Shown in pieces: positions 39,924 to 49,215 of a stretch of 64,000 nt of DNA. The notes under the pieces were generated by a model. The model ran no database searches and had not been told where the DNA came from. It saw nothing but the letters and a program-made list of their open reading frames with translations. The DNA comes from an uncultured Candidatus Saccharibacteria bacterium (GTDB lineage Bacteria; Patescibacteriota; Doudnabacteria; UBA920), in assembly GCA_964512925.1 (NCBI GenBank), contig CAZEKH010000001.1, positions 136,226-200,225 of the forward strand, read 5' to 3'. How positions within the stretch are numbered: position 1 is the first letter of the stretch; each line of letters starts with the position of its first letter. A program made the translations under genes and the position numbers.

Positions 39924-40307
39924 ATGCGTATCTGGTTGTTGGTGCATACTGGCTTGTGGTTGCTGATGATCGCACCCGCAAGCTGGTTGGGCTGCTTGTG
40001 GGCACTGGCAGGGGTGGTTGCGCCACTAGAAAAAATGCCCTGGTGGCAAAGGGTTGTTGCCGCGAGTATTTTTGCCCTCGGGTTAGTATACGCCACTGGG
40101 TTTATGATTGATCCATGGTTTACACCAGCAGGCACTGCTTGCGCAATGGTATTTTACTATCTGGGGGTTCTGTTGTGGGTCATTGGTCAGGGGCTTTGGT
40201 GGCTTCTGCCCAAAATGGTCTGGCCGTTTGTGGCCAGTCAAATCCTAATCGGAGTGCTTATACTCCGAAAATGGATGCACAGCAAGCCATTTTCGGTTCA
40301 ACCCTAG
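39924..40307 (+). CDS. hypothetical membrane protein, high GC
   Basis: TTGACA -35-like at 39875. SD GGGGGT. 4 TM helices. Confidence 0.35.
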   Translation: MRIWLLVHTGLWLLMIAPASWLGCLWALAGVVAPLEKMPWWQRVVAASIFALGLVYATGFMIDPWFTPAGTACAMVFYYLGVLLWVIGQGLWWLLPKMVWPFVASQILIGVLILRKWMHSKPFSVQP

Positions 40308-40399
40308 CAACTTTTTCAATCGTTTTTTGCTCGCTGATACGCGGGCGCGCTTTTAGGGCGGACGTTGTTATACGGCCGCCTTTTTGTTTTTTCTATAAA

Positions 40400-41005
40400 A
40401 AATATCACCCCCCAGCCCCCTCTTACTTTAAGAGGGGGAGGAGAAAAAAAGGCTCTAATTATTTTATAGAAATGATATTGTTCCGTCCCTCCCCTTAAGA
40501 TAAGGGGAGGTTAGGAGGGGATACTTTTTAGCGCATTTATTGTTTGCAGAATTTTTTCTCCTACGCCATCAATATTTTTAAATACATCAGTATTGTAAAA
40601 TCTTAATACAATAATATTTTGTTTATCTAAAAATTTAGTGCGGATTTCATCATTGATTTTATTTTGTATCTCTAAATGCTGTCCGCCGTCTAACTCAATA
40701 GCAAGTCTTAATTTTGAACAATAAAAATCCAAAATATAATTACCCACGCTATATTGCCGCGTAAATTTATAACCCGTTTGTCTGTTCCTTAAAATCTGCC
40801 AGAGTTTGTATTCTGCATCTGTTTGGTTGTTGCGAAGATTTTTTCTAAGTTGCTTTAACTGTGGGTGTTGGTAAAACATAAAGTATGAGTGAATATCACC
40901 CCCCAGCCCCCTCTCCTGCCAAAGGCGGGCAAGTATTTTAAGAGGGGGAGGTTATTTTTGCATTATCCCTCCCCTTAAGATAAGGGGAGGTTAGGAGGGG
41001 ATAGT
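40400..41005 (-). mobile_element. DUF559 endonuclease cassette bounded by ~110-bp direct repeats
   Basis: Direct repeats 40400-40510 and 40893-41005 (m1 ATCACCCCCCAGCCCCCTCT...TAAGAGGGGGAGG; m2 TCCCTCCCCTTAAGATAAGGGGAGGTTAGGAGGGGATA) flank the 369-bp ORF. Confidence 0.4.
40511..40879 (-). CDS. DUF559 endonuclease-domain protein (Vsr/restriction-endonuclease-like fold)
   Basis: YILDFYCSKLRLAIELDGGQH motif typical of DUF559. Confidence 0.75.
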   Translation of the reverse strand: MFYQHPQLKQLRKNLRNNQTDAEYKLWQILRNRQTGYKFTRQYSVGNYILDFYCSKLRLAIELDGGQHLEIQNKINDEIRTKFLDKQNIIVLRFYNTDVFKNIDGVGEKILQTINALKSIPS

Positions 41006-41013
41006 GTTTCGAA

Positions 41014-42975
41014 TTATAAACTCTTTTTTATAGTCTCTGCCAGTTTTTGCCCCACCACTTCAGCCAGTTCTTCCAATGATGAGTTTTTTATTTGGCTGAC
41101 TGTGCCGAATTTGGTTTTTAAGAGTTTTTTGGTTTTAGGCCCCACGCCCGGTATTTCGTCCAGCGCAGATTTAACGGCTTGCTTGCTTCTTAAGCTTCGG
41201 TGGAAAGTTATGCCAAACCTGTGGGCTTCGTCGCGAAGTCTTTGCAACATCTGAAGCCCGGGCTGATCGTGGCTTAAAACTATGGGAGTGGGATTGCCCG
41301 GTAAAAATATTTCCTCGATGCGTTTGGCCAAGCCGATCAAGGGTATAGGGCTAAGGGCTAAGGGTATAGACTCTATTTTTTCCAGCGCAGCGGATAGTTG
41401 GCCTTTGCCCCCGTCTATCACTATCAAATCCGGTATGGGCCAGAACTCCCCCGGCTTCGCCACCCCCTCTTTGGCAAAGAGGGGGGAGGGGGAGTTCGTC
41501 TGATTTACTGATCCACTGACCAAATGTCCCGACTTGGCTAGTCTTCTGCTTAGCATTTCCTGCATCATCTGGAAATCGTCCGGCGTGTCTTTTGTGCGGA
41601 TTTTAAATTTTCGGTATTCGGATTTTTTAGGCATTCCGCCCTCAAACACCACCATACTCCCGACCGCGTTAGTGCCCTGGGTGTTGGAGATGTCGTAACA
41701 TTCTATCCGCCTTGGGATATTTTTCAAATTCAAAACTTCTTTGAGTTGCTCCAATCCTGCATTTATCCTATCTAGCATAAAGGCTTCGGAAGACTGTTTT
41801 TGTTTGAGAAATTCCAAAGCGTTTTCTTCGGCTATTTTCCAGAGTTTTTGCGGTTGTTTTTGAATTGCTAAATTGATTTTAATAGTTTTGCCTGAGCGTT
41901 CTTTTAGTAAAGCTTCTAGAAGGTTTTGATTTTCAATTTTAGTTCCAGTATAAATTTTTTTCGGAAAATCCGAAGTCTTACTATAATAGTCCTCTAAAAA
42001 CCTTTGCAGCCCAGTTTCTTCCCCCCTTAAGATAAGGGGGGACTGAGGGGGGTTATGATGCAGAGTGGATTTGTAGACATTTGTAAATTTGTCTTTCATT
42101 TGTATATTTGAATTTTTGTAGACAAAATTTTCCTTATCTGCCAGTTTTCCTTGCCTGACTTTCAGTAGACTAAAAGAGATCTCCCCATTTGCTTGGCTTT
42201 GCCCGACAACATCCCAGGAAACTTTTTTAGGCATAATCACATTTTGCTTTTGTTCCAGAGATTCTAGGGATTTGATTTGGTTTCTAAGGCGCGCGGCTTT
42301 TTCAAAAAGTTTTTTAGCCGCGGCTTTTTGCATTTCTCTGGCAATTTCTTTTTTTACGCCTATTATGTCGCCTTGTAAAAATTTTTTAATTTTATCGAGA
42401 TGTTTTGCGTATTCTTCAAGGGTTATTGAGCCTATGCACACACCAGGGCAGCGGTGCAGATGAAAGTAAAAGCAAGGTTTTTGGCCAATTTTCTCATTGG
42501 CGCAATAGGAAAAGATGTAGCGGACAGTTTTAAGAATCTCTTTGGCTTTGTAAGCGGCGGAGTAGGGACCGAAAGAAGTAGGGCTAAGGGCTAAGGGTTT
42601 AGGGTGTAGGGATAGTTCAATATTTCTGGAAATGGTTATTTGGGGTATTTGTGTTGAGTAGTCAATGACAATAAACGCATAGCTCTTGTCGTCTTTTTGG
42701 AGGATGTTGTATTTGGGGCGGTATTTTTGGATCAGGGTTTGTTCCAGGTACAGGCTTTCAAGTTCAGTTGAAACTACTGTAAAGTCTAAGCTTTTTGCTT
42801 CCTGCATCAAGAAAGGAATTTGAGGTCTTTCATCTGTGCCACGGAAATACTGGCTAACTCGGTTTTTCAGGTCTTTGGCTTTACCCACATACAAAACCGC
42901 CCCGTCTTGGTCTTTGTAAATATAGACCCCGGGTTTTTTGGGGAGGCTTGGGAGGGTGAAACTTATTTTTTTCAT
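41014..42975 (-). CDS. uvrC: excinuclease ABC subunit C; start at internal Met MKKISF (the ORF track's upstream extension translates an intergenic hairpin)
   Basis: N-terminal GIY-YIG (GVYIYKDQDGAVLYVGKAKDLKNR), UvrBC interaction region, RNase-H-like endonuclease, C-terminal HhH. At least four in-frame repeat-derived insertions. Confidence 0.9.
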   Translation of the reverse strand: MKKISFTLPSLPKKPGVYIYKDQDGAVLYVGKAKDLKNRVSQYFRGTDERPQIPFLMQEAKSLDFTVVSTELESLYLEQTLIQKYRPKYNILQKDDKSYAFIVIDYSTQIPQITISRNIELSLHPKPLALSPTSFGPYSAAYKAKEILKTVRYIFSYCANEKIGQKPCFYFHLHRCPGVCIGSITLEEYAKHLDKIKKFLQGDIIGVKKEIAREMQKAAAKKLFEKAARLRNQIKSLESLEQKQNVIMPKKVSWDVVGQSQANGEISFSLLKVRQGKLADKENFVYKNSNIQMKDKFTNVYKSTLHHNPPQSPLILRGEETGLQRFLEDYYSKTSDFPKKIYTGTKIENQNLLEALLKERSGKTIKINLAIQKQPQKLWKIAEENALEFLKQKQSSEAFMLDRINAGLEQLKEVLNLKNIPRRIECYDISNTQGTNAVGSMVVFEGGMPKKSEYRKFKIRTKDTPDDFQMMQEMLSRRLAKSGHLVSGSVNQTNSPSPLFAKEGVAKPGEFWPIPDLIVIDGGKGQLSAALEKIESIPLALSPIPLIGLAKRIEEIFLPGNPTPIVLSHDQPGLQMLQRLRDEAHRFGITFHRSLRSKQAVKSALDEIPGVGPKTKKLLKTKFGTVSQIKNSSLEELAEVVGQKLAETIKKSL

Positions 42976-43103
42976 TTGTAGGTTTGAATTTGAGGTCATT
43001 GTCATTCCCGTGAAAACGGGAATCTTAATGAGTTTATTATACTTGTCCGTAACGCAGGTTGACAAATAAATTTGTAAATAGTATACAAAAGCGGGGAGGA
43101 TGG

Positions 43104-43265
43104 ATGAAACTTACTGGTTGTGCAATTTGTTTCTTGGTCTCTATGCGTTTTTTGACCTGGTTACCCCAAGGCGATGGAGCCTGGGGAAAGGGATTGATTG
43201 GCTTGGCGGGAGTAGTATACTTGTTGGGAGGAGTGATGATTTGGCGCCTTCCAACACAGAAGTAG
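43104..43265 (+). CDS. small 2-TM membrane protein (53 aa)
   Basis: SD GGGGAGGATGG before the ATG. Paralogous to the next small ORF (GLIGLAGVVYLLGGVMIW versus GLAIAGLVVGFWAMMDW). Confidence 0.3.
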   Translation: MKLTGCAICFLVSMRFLTWLPQGDGAWGKGLIGLAGVVYLLGGVMIWRLPTQK

Positions 43266-43361
43266 TTTTTTGGGTTCCTTTGCGGCTGTTATGTGCGCTT
43301 GGGATCCTTCTTTTTTTTGACAATTTTTCTGATTTCAATTATAAACCTTGTGGAGGTGGGG

Positions 43362-43529
43362 ATGAAAGTGATTGTCGGGATTGGCCTTCTGATCGAAGGC
43401 TGTATATCGGTTGGATGCTTTGTGTGGTATCGAGGCATTGATCCGACCGCTTCGATACACTCTTTTGGACTTGCAATCGCAGGTTTGGTGGTGGGGTTTT
43501 GGGCTATGATGGATTGGATAAATGAATGA
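43362..43529 (+). CDS. small 2-TM membrane protein (55 aa), paralog of the preceding one
   Basis: SD GGAGGTGGGG before the ATG. Confidence 0.3.
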   Translation: MKVIVGIGLLIEGCISVGCFVWYRGIDPTASIHSFGLAIAGLVVGFWAMMDWINE

Positions 43530-43677
43530 AAAGGGGGTGGGAGACTATATCGGGCTTTAGGTGTGTTTACCCTAGGGCTCTTTTCATTTCTTGACATTTA
43601 TGGTAAACTTGCTATTACTTTGTGCTTAAAAATTATTTATGAATTTTTATTTTTGATATTTCAATTTTAAATTTTTT

Positions 43678-46584
43678 ATGGCTGATATCATTTCTATCCG
43701 CGGGGCGCGGATGCATAACTTAAAAAATATTGATGTAGATTTGCCTAGAAACAAGCTGGTGGTTTTAACCGGCCTGTCAGGCAGCGGCAAGTCGTCTTTG
43801 GCTTTTGACACCATCTATGCCGAAGGGCAGAGAAGGTATGTGGAAAGTTTGTCAGCTTATGCCAGACAGTTCATTGGTCTTATGGACAAGCCGGACGTGG
43901 ACAAAATAGAAGGTTTGTCCCCGGCAATTTCCATTGACCAAAAGTCCGCATCGCACAACCCTCGCTCTACTGTCGGAACCGTAACTGAAATTTATGACTA
44001 TATGAGGCTACTTTGGGCTCGTGTGGGAGTGCCTCATTGTCCGGTCTGCGGGAAAAAAATCCAAGGTCAAACTATCCAGGCAATGGCTGAGCAGCTTTTG
44101 GGTTTGGAAAAAGGCACAAGGCTGATGCTTTTGGCGCCTTTTATTAAAGATCAAAAAGGCGAACACCGGCATATATTTGAACAGATCAAAAAAGCCGGTT
44201 TTGCCCGCGTGCGTGTGGATGGCACAGTGATGGACTTAAACGAAGCCCAGGGTTTAAGCCTGGACAAGCAAAAAAAACATAATATAGAAGTGGTGGTGGA
44301 CCGCGTGGTGGTAGATCCGGCTGAACGGGGCAGACTCTCCGAGAGTCTGGAAAAGGCTGCGGATTTGGGCGATGGGATAGTTATAGCTTTGCGGGTTGCT
44401 GAAGAAACAAAACCTGACAGCAAGACGCGATCAACCTCTCCCCAGCCCTCCCCAAGTCTTGGGGAGGGAGGCTATAAGGAAATATTGCTCTCCCAAAAAT
44501 TCGCTTGTCCGGACGGACACATTCAGCTGTCTGAGCTGGACCCGAGGGATTTTTCTTTTAACAGCCCGCACGGAGCTTGTTCGGAGTGTAAGGGTTTGGG
44601 CACTAAGCTGACGGTGGAGCCGGATTTGGTTTTACCCAACCACCGGCTGACTTTGGCTGAAGGCGCTATCCGTCCCTGGAGCAAGACGACTTCCAGACAG
44701 TCCTGGTACTCGCGGATGCTGGAAGCCGTGGCCAAAGAATACGGTTTTTCCGTACACACTCCGGTGAAAGATTTGCCAAAAAAATATATTGATATTGTTT
44801 TGCACGGTTCAGGCGAGAAAAAAATCCGCATCTCCGGCGAGTTTAGGAGCGGCGACGGGGAGTTTGAGATGAACACGGTTTTTGAAGGCGTGGTGCCAAA
44901 CCTGGAGAGGCGGTACCGCGAGACTGACTCGGAATATATGCGCAGCGAAATAGAAAATTATATGCGCGTGCGCCAGTGTCAGGTTTGCCACGGCAAGCGC
45001 CTTAGGCTGGAAGTTTTGGCTGTGACCGTAGGCGGACAGGGGATAGTGGAGGTATCTGCTATGACTATAGACAAAGCCGCGGATTTTTTTGAAAAACTTT
45101 CCAAATCTTTGAGCGCCAAAGACAATCAGATTGCCAAACAAATTTTAAAGGAAATTTCCGCGCGTCTGTCTTTTTTGCTCAATGTTGGTTTGTCGTATTT
45201 GTCTTTGGACAGAACTGCGGATACTTTGTCCGGTGGGGAAGCCCAGCGCATCCGTTTGGCGACCCAGATCGGCAGCGGCCTGACCGGAGTTTTGTATATA
45301 TTGGACGAGCCATCTATCGGCCTGCATCAGCGCGACAACGGTAGACTCCTTAAAACATTGAAAGATTTAAGAGATTTGGGCAATACGGTGATAGTTGTAG
45401 AGCACGATGAGGAAACCATTCGCGAGGCGGATTGGGTGGTGGACATCGGACCAGGAGCCGGCAAGCACGGAGGCGAGCTGGTGGCGGAAGGTAAACCTTT
45501 GGATATTGAAAAAAATCCGAAAAGCATCACCGGGCAGTATTTGTCAGGAAAAGAATACATAGAAGTGCCGAAAAAAAGACGGCACGGCAACGGTAAAAAT
45601 ATTTCAGTTGTGGAAGCTTCTGAGTTTAACCTGAAAAATGTTACAGCCCAGATCCCGCTCGGCAAATTTGTCTGCGTAACCGGGGTGTCAGGTTCCGGCA
45701 AATCTACATTGATTTCTGACATTTTAGCCAGAGCGTTAAACAAACATTTTTGGGACAGCAAGGACGAACCAGGCAAGCATAAAAAGATCACGGGACTTGA
45801 ACACCTAGACAAAGTCATCAGCATTGACCAAAGCCCCATAGGCAGGACTCCGAGGTCAAACCCGGCTACTTACACCGGGCTGTTTACGCCGATCCGGGAG
45901 ATTTTTGCCGAAACCCGCGAAGCCAAGATGCGCGGCTATCAGGCTGGCAGGTTTAGTTTCAACGTCAAAGGCGGTCGTTGTGAGAAATGCGCCGGGGACG
46001 GGGTTTTGAAAGTCGAGATGAATTTTTTACCCGATGTCTATGTAACCTGCGAAGAGTGCAACGGCAAAAGGTATAACCGCCAGGCTTTGGAGATCCACTA
46101 TAAAGAAAAAACCATTTCCGATGTTTTGGAGATGACAGTTGACGAAGCAAAAACTTTTTTTGCAGCCGTGCCTGCCTTGCACAAAAAACTGGAAGTCTTG
46201 TCCCAGGTGGGCTTGGGCTATATGCGCCTGGGCCAGAACGCCACGACTTTGTCCGGCGGGGAAGCTCAGAGGATCAAACTTGCAACCGAACTGTCGCGCG
46301 CGTCTACCGGCCGCACTCTTTACCTTTTAGACGAGCCAACTACGGGCTTACATTTTGCGGACGTCAAACGTTTGATCCACGTTTTAAACAAACTGGTAGA
46401 CAAGGGCAACACTGTGGTGGTCATAGAACACAATCTGGATATGATCAAAACCGCGGATTGGCTTTTGGATATGGGTCCGGACGGGGGAGACAAGGGCGGA
46501 ACTATAGTTGCCGAAGGCACACCCGAAGATGTGGCAAAAGTCAAAGTTAGCTTTACCGGCCAATACCTAAAAAAGATTTTATAA
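43678..46584 (+). CDS. uvrA: excinuclease ABC subunit A
   Basis: Two ABC ATPase modules ([12 protein letters not shown]; [11 protein letters not shown]), zinc fingers and signature motifs. In-frame repeat insertion at 44430-44480 ([17 protein letters not shown]). Confidence 0.95.
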   Translation: MADIISIRGARMHNLKNIDVDLPRNKLVVLTGLSGSGKSSLAFDTIYAEGQRRYVESLSAYARQFIGLMDKPDVDKIEGLSPAISIDQKSASHNPRSTVGTVTEIYDYMRLLWARVGVPHCPVCGKKIQGQTIQAMAEQLLGLEKGTRLMLLAPFIKDQKGEHRHIFEQIKKAGFARVRVDGTVMDLNEAQGLSLDKQKKHNIEVVVDRVVVDPAERGRLSESLEKAADLGDGIVIALRVAEETKPDSKTRSTSPQPSPSLGEGGYKEILLSQKFACPDGHIQLSELDPRDFSFNSPHGACSECKGLGTKLTVEPDLVLPNHRLTLAEGAIRPWSKTTSRQSWYSRMLEAVAKEYGFSVHTPVKDLPKKYIDIVLHGSGEKKIRISGEFRSGDGEFEMNTVFEGVVPNLERRYRETDSEYMRSEIENYMRVRQCQVCHGKRLRLEVLAVTVGGQGIVEVSAMTIDKAADFFEKLSKSLSAKDNQIAKQILKEISARLSFLLNVGLSYLSLDRTADTLSGGEAQRIRLATQIGSGLTGVLYILDEPSIGLHQRDNGRLLKTLKDLRDLGNTVIVVEHDEETIREADWVVDIGPGAGKHGGELVAEGKPLDIEKNPKSITGQYLSGKEYIEVPKKRRHGNGKNISVVEASEFNLKNVTAQIPLGKFVCVTGVSGSGKSTLISDILARALNKHFWDSKDEPGKHKKITGLEHLDKVISIDQSPIGRTPRSNPATYTGLFTPIREIFAETREAKMRGYQAGRFSFNVKGGRCEKCAGDGVLKVEMNFLPDVYVTCEECNGKRYNRQALEIHYKEKTISDVLEMTVDEAKTFFAAVPALHKKLEVLSQVGLGYMRLGQNATTLSGGEAQRIKLATELSRASTGRTLYLLDEPTTGLHFADVKRLIHVLNKLVDKGNTVVVIEHNLDMIKTADWLLDMGPDGGDKGGTIVAEGTPEDVAKVKVSFTGQYLKKIL

Positions 46585-46605
46585 CCCACACATTTTATTT
46601 TATGA

Positions 46606-46633
46606 TATAATACCTTCATACACGACTGTATGA
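46606..46633. repeat. palindromic hairpin CTTCATACACGACTGTATGAAG; second copy at 47150-47178
   Basis: Identical hairpins flank the TrpR-like gene on both sides. Confidence 0.6.
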
Positions 46634-46657
46634 AGGTATTATTAATATACCAACAAA

Positions 46658-47149
46658 ATGACAAAGCTATCTAAAAGAAAATTAGACCCTGAGCATTTTG
46701 GGCACTATATAAATAATCTATGGTCAGCTTTTACTCTGCTAACCAGCAAGGAAGATATACGGCTTTTGTTTAAAGATATTTTTACCCATACGGAATATAA
46801 AATGTTTGCAAAACGATTGGAGATTGCTCGCCGTCTTTTAATGCAGGAGAGTTACGAGCAAATAGAAAAAGCATTAAATGTTACATCAAGGACTATTACC
46901 TCCGTAAATAATGTTCTTTCAGAAAAAGGGGATGGTTTTAGAAAAGTTCATGAAAAGTTTGAAAGAATTGAGGATGCTTATTGGAAGAAACAAAAAGAGA
47001 TCACGAAAAATTTGGAAAATCCTTTTCGGAAGAAAGCTCAAAGGAAAACTGTGGGCGGGGCGTTGCTCAAAGCCGGCGCCATAGCTTTAGACAAAGTAAT
47101 CGTCAAAAAGATAAAAGAAAAATCTGCAAAAAAATATTTAGATATATGA
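46658..47149 (+). CDS. TrpR-related YerC/YecD-family DNA-binding protein
   Basis: EYKMFAKRLEIARRLLMQESYEQIEKALNVTSRTITSV HTH region. Confidence 0.55.
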   Translation: MTKLSKRKLDPEHFGHYINNLWSAFTLLTSKEDIRLLFKDIFTHTEYKMFAKRLEIARRLLMQESYEQIEKALNVTSRTITSVNNVLSEKGDGFRKVHEKFERIEDAYWKKQKEITKNLENPFRKKAQRKTVGGALLKAGAIALDKVIVKKIKEKSAKKYLDI

Positions 47150-47475
47150 CACACCTTCATACACGACTGTATGAAGGTGTGGGTGGGGAAAGTGGGGGGT
47201 GGGTTGGTTTGTAGAATTGCCACAAAACTGACCAAATAAAGTTTGGATTTTAAATAATCCGCCTTAAATAAGGCGGATTATTTTTGCTATGGGGCTTGAT
47301 TTTTTTGAGGGTTTGTGTTAAAGTAACAAAGCTTTGAATGAGGAATCGACTAAACCTAAGGGTAAGGCCGATTTTTTGTTTGTTTGTCGCGGTGCAGGAG
47401 ATCTCGCACTACGGCAAAAAGCTGCGCCCGTCTCAAAAAGGCGGGTTAAGATTTCAGTTCACCAAGGAGAGGGAA

Positions 47476-48102
47476 ATGTCAGATTTTCGCAAGTTGTTTC
47501 TCGCGGCTTTCGCCGCGATTCTGATGTTCTGGGCGCCGCAGACTGCGTCGGCAGGTTTCGTGGACAATTTCGAATTGAACCCGAACGCTGGGGACGTGGG
47601 CGGTCTAGATGGTTCGAATACGATCTGGGTCGTCACGCCCACCCTGGACGTTGCGGGACCCATGTATGGAGGTCTCTCGTGCCACAGCGGCACGAGTTGT
47701 ATCGACATGGACGGCACTGGCCAGATGGCCGGCTCCCTCAAGACCATGTTCGCTACTATGGTTGGGGCGACTTACACCGCCAATTTCTGGATCGGGGGAA
47801 GTCAGCGCAACTTCCTTGGACCGGATGCGGTGACGGTGAATTTCGGGACCGCGATCCCACTGGTGGTCACGACGCCGCAAGGCGACACCAGCTGGACAAT
47901 GTACACAATGTCTTTCGTCGGTGATGGGAACAACCACTGGTTGGAATTTGTCGGTCAGGGAGCCGACAACGTCGGAGTGTTGCTGGACGACGTGGAACTG
48001 GCCGATAACTCGGTTCCGGAGCCCGCGACGTTCGCGTTGATCGGCGGAGGTCTGGTGCTTCTCGGCCTCAAACGCCGAGGTCGCAAGAACGCCAACAACT
48101 AG
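47476..48102 (+). CDS. secreted protein with C-terminal PEP-CTERM sorting signal; high GC (~60%)
   Basis: Start at Met preceded by GGAGAGGG SD (the ORF track's extension to 47338 is unlikely). Signal peptide. C-terminus VPEPATFALIGGGLVLLGLKRRGRK. Confidence 0.55.
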   Translation: MSDFRKLFLAAFAAILMFWAPQTASAGFVDNFELNPNAGDVGGLDGSNTIWVVTPTLDVAGPMYGGLSCHSGTSCIDMDGTGQMAGSLKTMFATMVGATYTANFWIGGSQRNFLGPDAVTVNFGTAIPLVVTTPQGDTSWTMYTMSFVGDGNNHWLEFVGQGADNVGVLLDDVELADNSVPEPATFALIGGGLVLLGLKRRGRKNANN

Positions 48103-48104
48103 TC

Positions 48105-48135
48105 CGCCCGCCCCGATGTCCATCGGGGCAGGCAA
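48105..48135 (+). terminator. hairpin / possible terminator
   Basis: GCCCCGATGTCCATCGGGGC. The same CCGATGTCCATCGG stem is used in the rpoC terminator. No T-run. Confidence 0.35.
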
Positions 48136-48289
48136 GGAGGACTAATCGCAATAAATTAGCCTGTTTCCCGCGTTCGGGCAGCAAGCAGGCTAATCGCTGT
48201 TTTTCGCACTCCCTAGCAGGACGGCGAAAAACACACGCAACAATGTTCGCTCGAGCCGCGACTCACTTCTGTGATCGCGGCTCTTTTCA

Positions 48290-49215
48290 TTTGTATAATT
48301 TTTTACATACTAATTAACTCCCCCAAGGCCCCCCGTCCGAACGCCCACGGCGGGCAGGCCTCTTTAAAAAAGAGGGGGGAATGAAGCGGGTAGGTTTGAA
48401 AAAGAGTGGAAAAAATATTACAGTCGTTGCAACCTCACCCCACCCCCTCTCCGATAGCGGAGAGGGGGAAGCGGATGCAAGATTCCAGCCGGAGTTTACC
48501 CCGATGAACATCGGGGCGGGAATGATACCTTTTCTATTTTTGTCATCCCCACATAACCGGGGATCTTGGTTTTTACCCTCTCCAATATGGGAGAGGGTGT
48601 CCCGATGAACATCGGGACGGGTGAGGTTTGAGCGATGGTGATAAAATATAAGTTGGTTTAATTTTCTAACATTGTTACCTCACCCCATCCCCCCGCCCGA
48701 ACGCCACAGGCGGGCAGGTCTCCCAAATGGGAGAGGGGGTAAAGAACGCATCATTCTCACCTAGTGGGAATGATATAGAAACGCGGAATGACGGAATATT
48801 TTTCCTATTTTCCCCAAGTTTCCCACATAGCTTTGCACAGGGGTTTTCCACTTTTGGGGGATAATTTTTGCTGTTTGTTGGGCTTTGACCAGAGGCAGGC
48901 TTTTGTGCCAAGATATAAAGACCACTTTTTACCCCCGTTAGAAGCAATCCGCCGTCAGGTGGATACCGAGCCTTTTTGTGCCCGGGCTTCTAACGGGGTG
49001 ATCTGGTTTGTGGGGACATTAACTCCCCCTGACCCCCTCTTTGAAAAAGAGGGGGAAATGAAAGGGGGTAGATTTGAAAAAGAGGGGAGAGGCTTAAAAT
49101 ATTACAATCATCGTAACCTCACCCCCCTACTTCGTTAAAACTTCGTAGGGCAAGCCAGCCCCCCGCCCGAACGCCCAAGCCGGGCAGGTCTCCGATAGCG
49201 GAGAGGGGAACTAAT
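48290..49215. repeat. ~0.9-kb non-coding repeat cluster
   Basis: Contains CCCTCTCC-loop-GGAGAGGG hairpins, CCGATGAACATCGG hairpins, CCCGAACGCC..GGCGGGCAGGTCTCC modules, a TGTCATCCCC..GGGGATC element and a 75-bp GGTGAGG..CCTCACC MITE-like unit. Confidence 0.7.

Noticed and set aside
42976-43065. N-terminal 30-residue extension of uvrC in the ORF track
   Set aside because: The extension translates an intergenic TGTCATTCCCGTGAAAACGGGAATC hairpin. The conserved UvrC N-terminus starts at MKKISF.
47338-47475. Upstream extension of the PEP-CTERM gene to 47338
   Set aside because: The Met at 47476 is directly preceded by a GGAGAGGG SD and begins a canonical signal peptide. The extension has no support.
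48788-49138. 116-aa ORF (and 48675-48947, 49119-49454 antisense ORFs) in the repeat cluster upstream of pilB
   Set aside because: Composed of translated repeat and hairpin sequence. No SD and no family resemblance.
48290-49215. Possible CRISPR array in the repeat-dense region
   Set aside because: The repeats are heterogeneous hairpin modules of different lengths and orientations without regular repeat-spacer periodicity. No cas genes are present.
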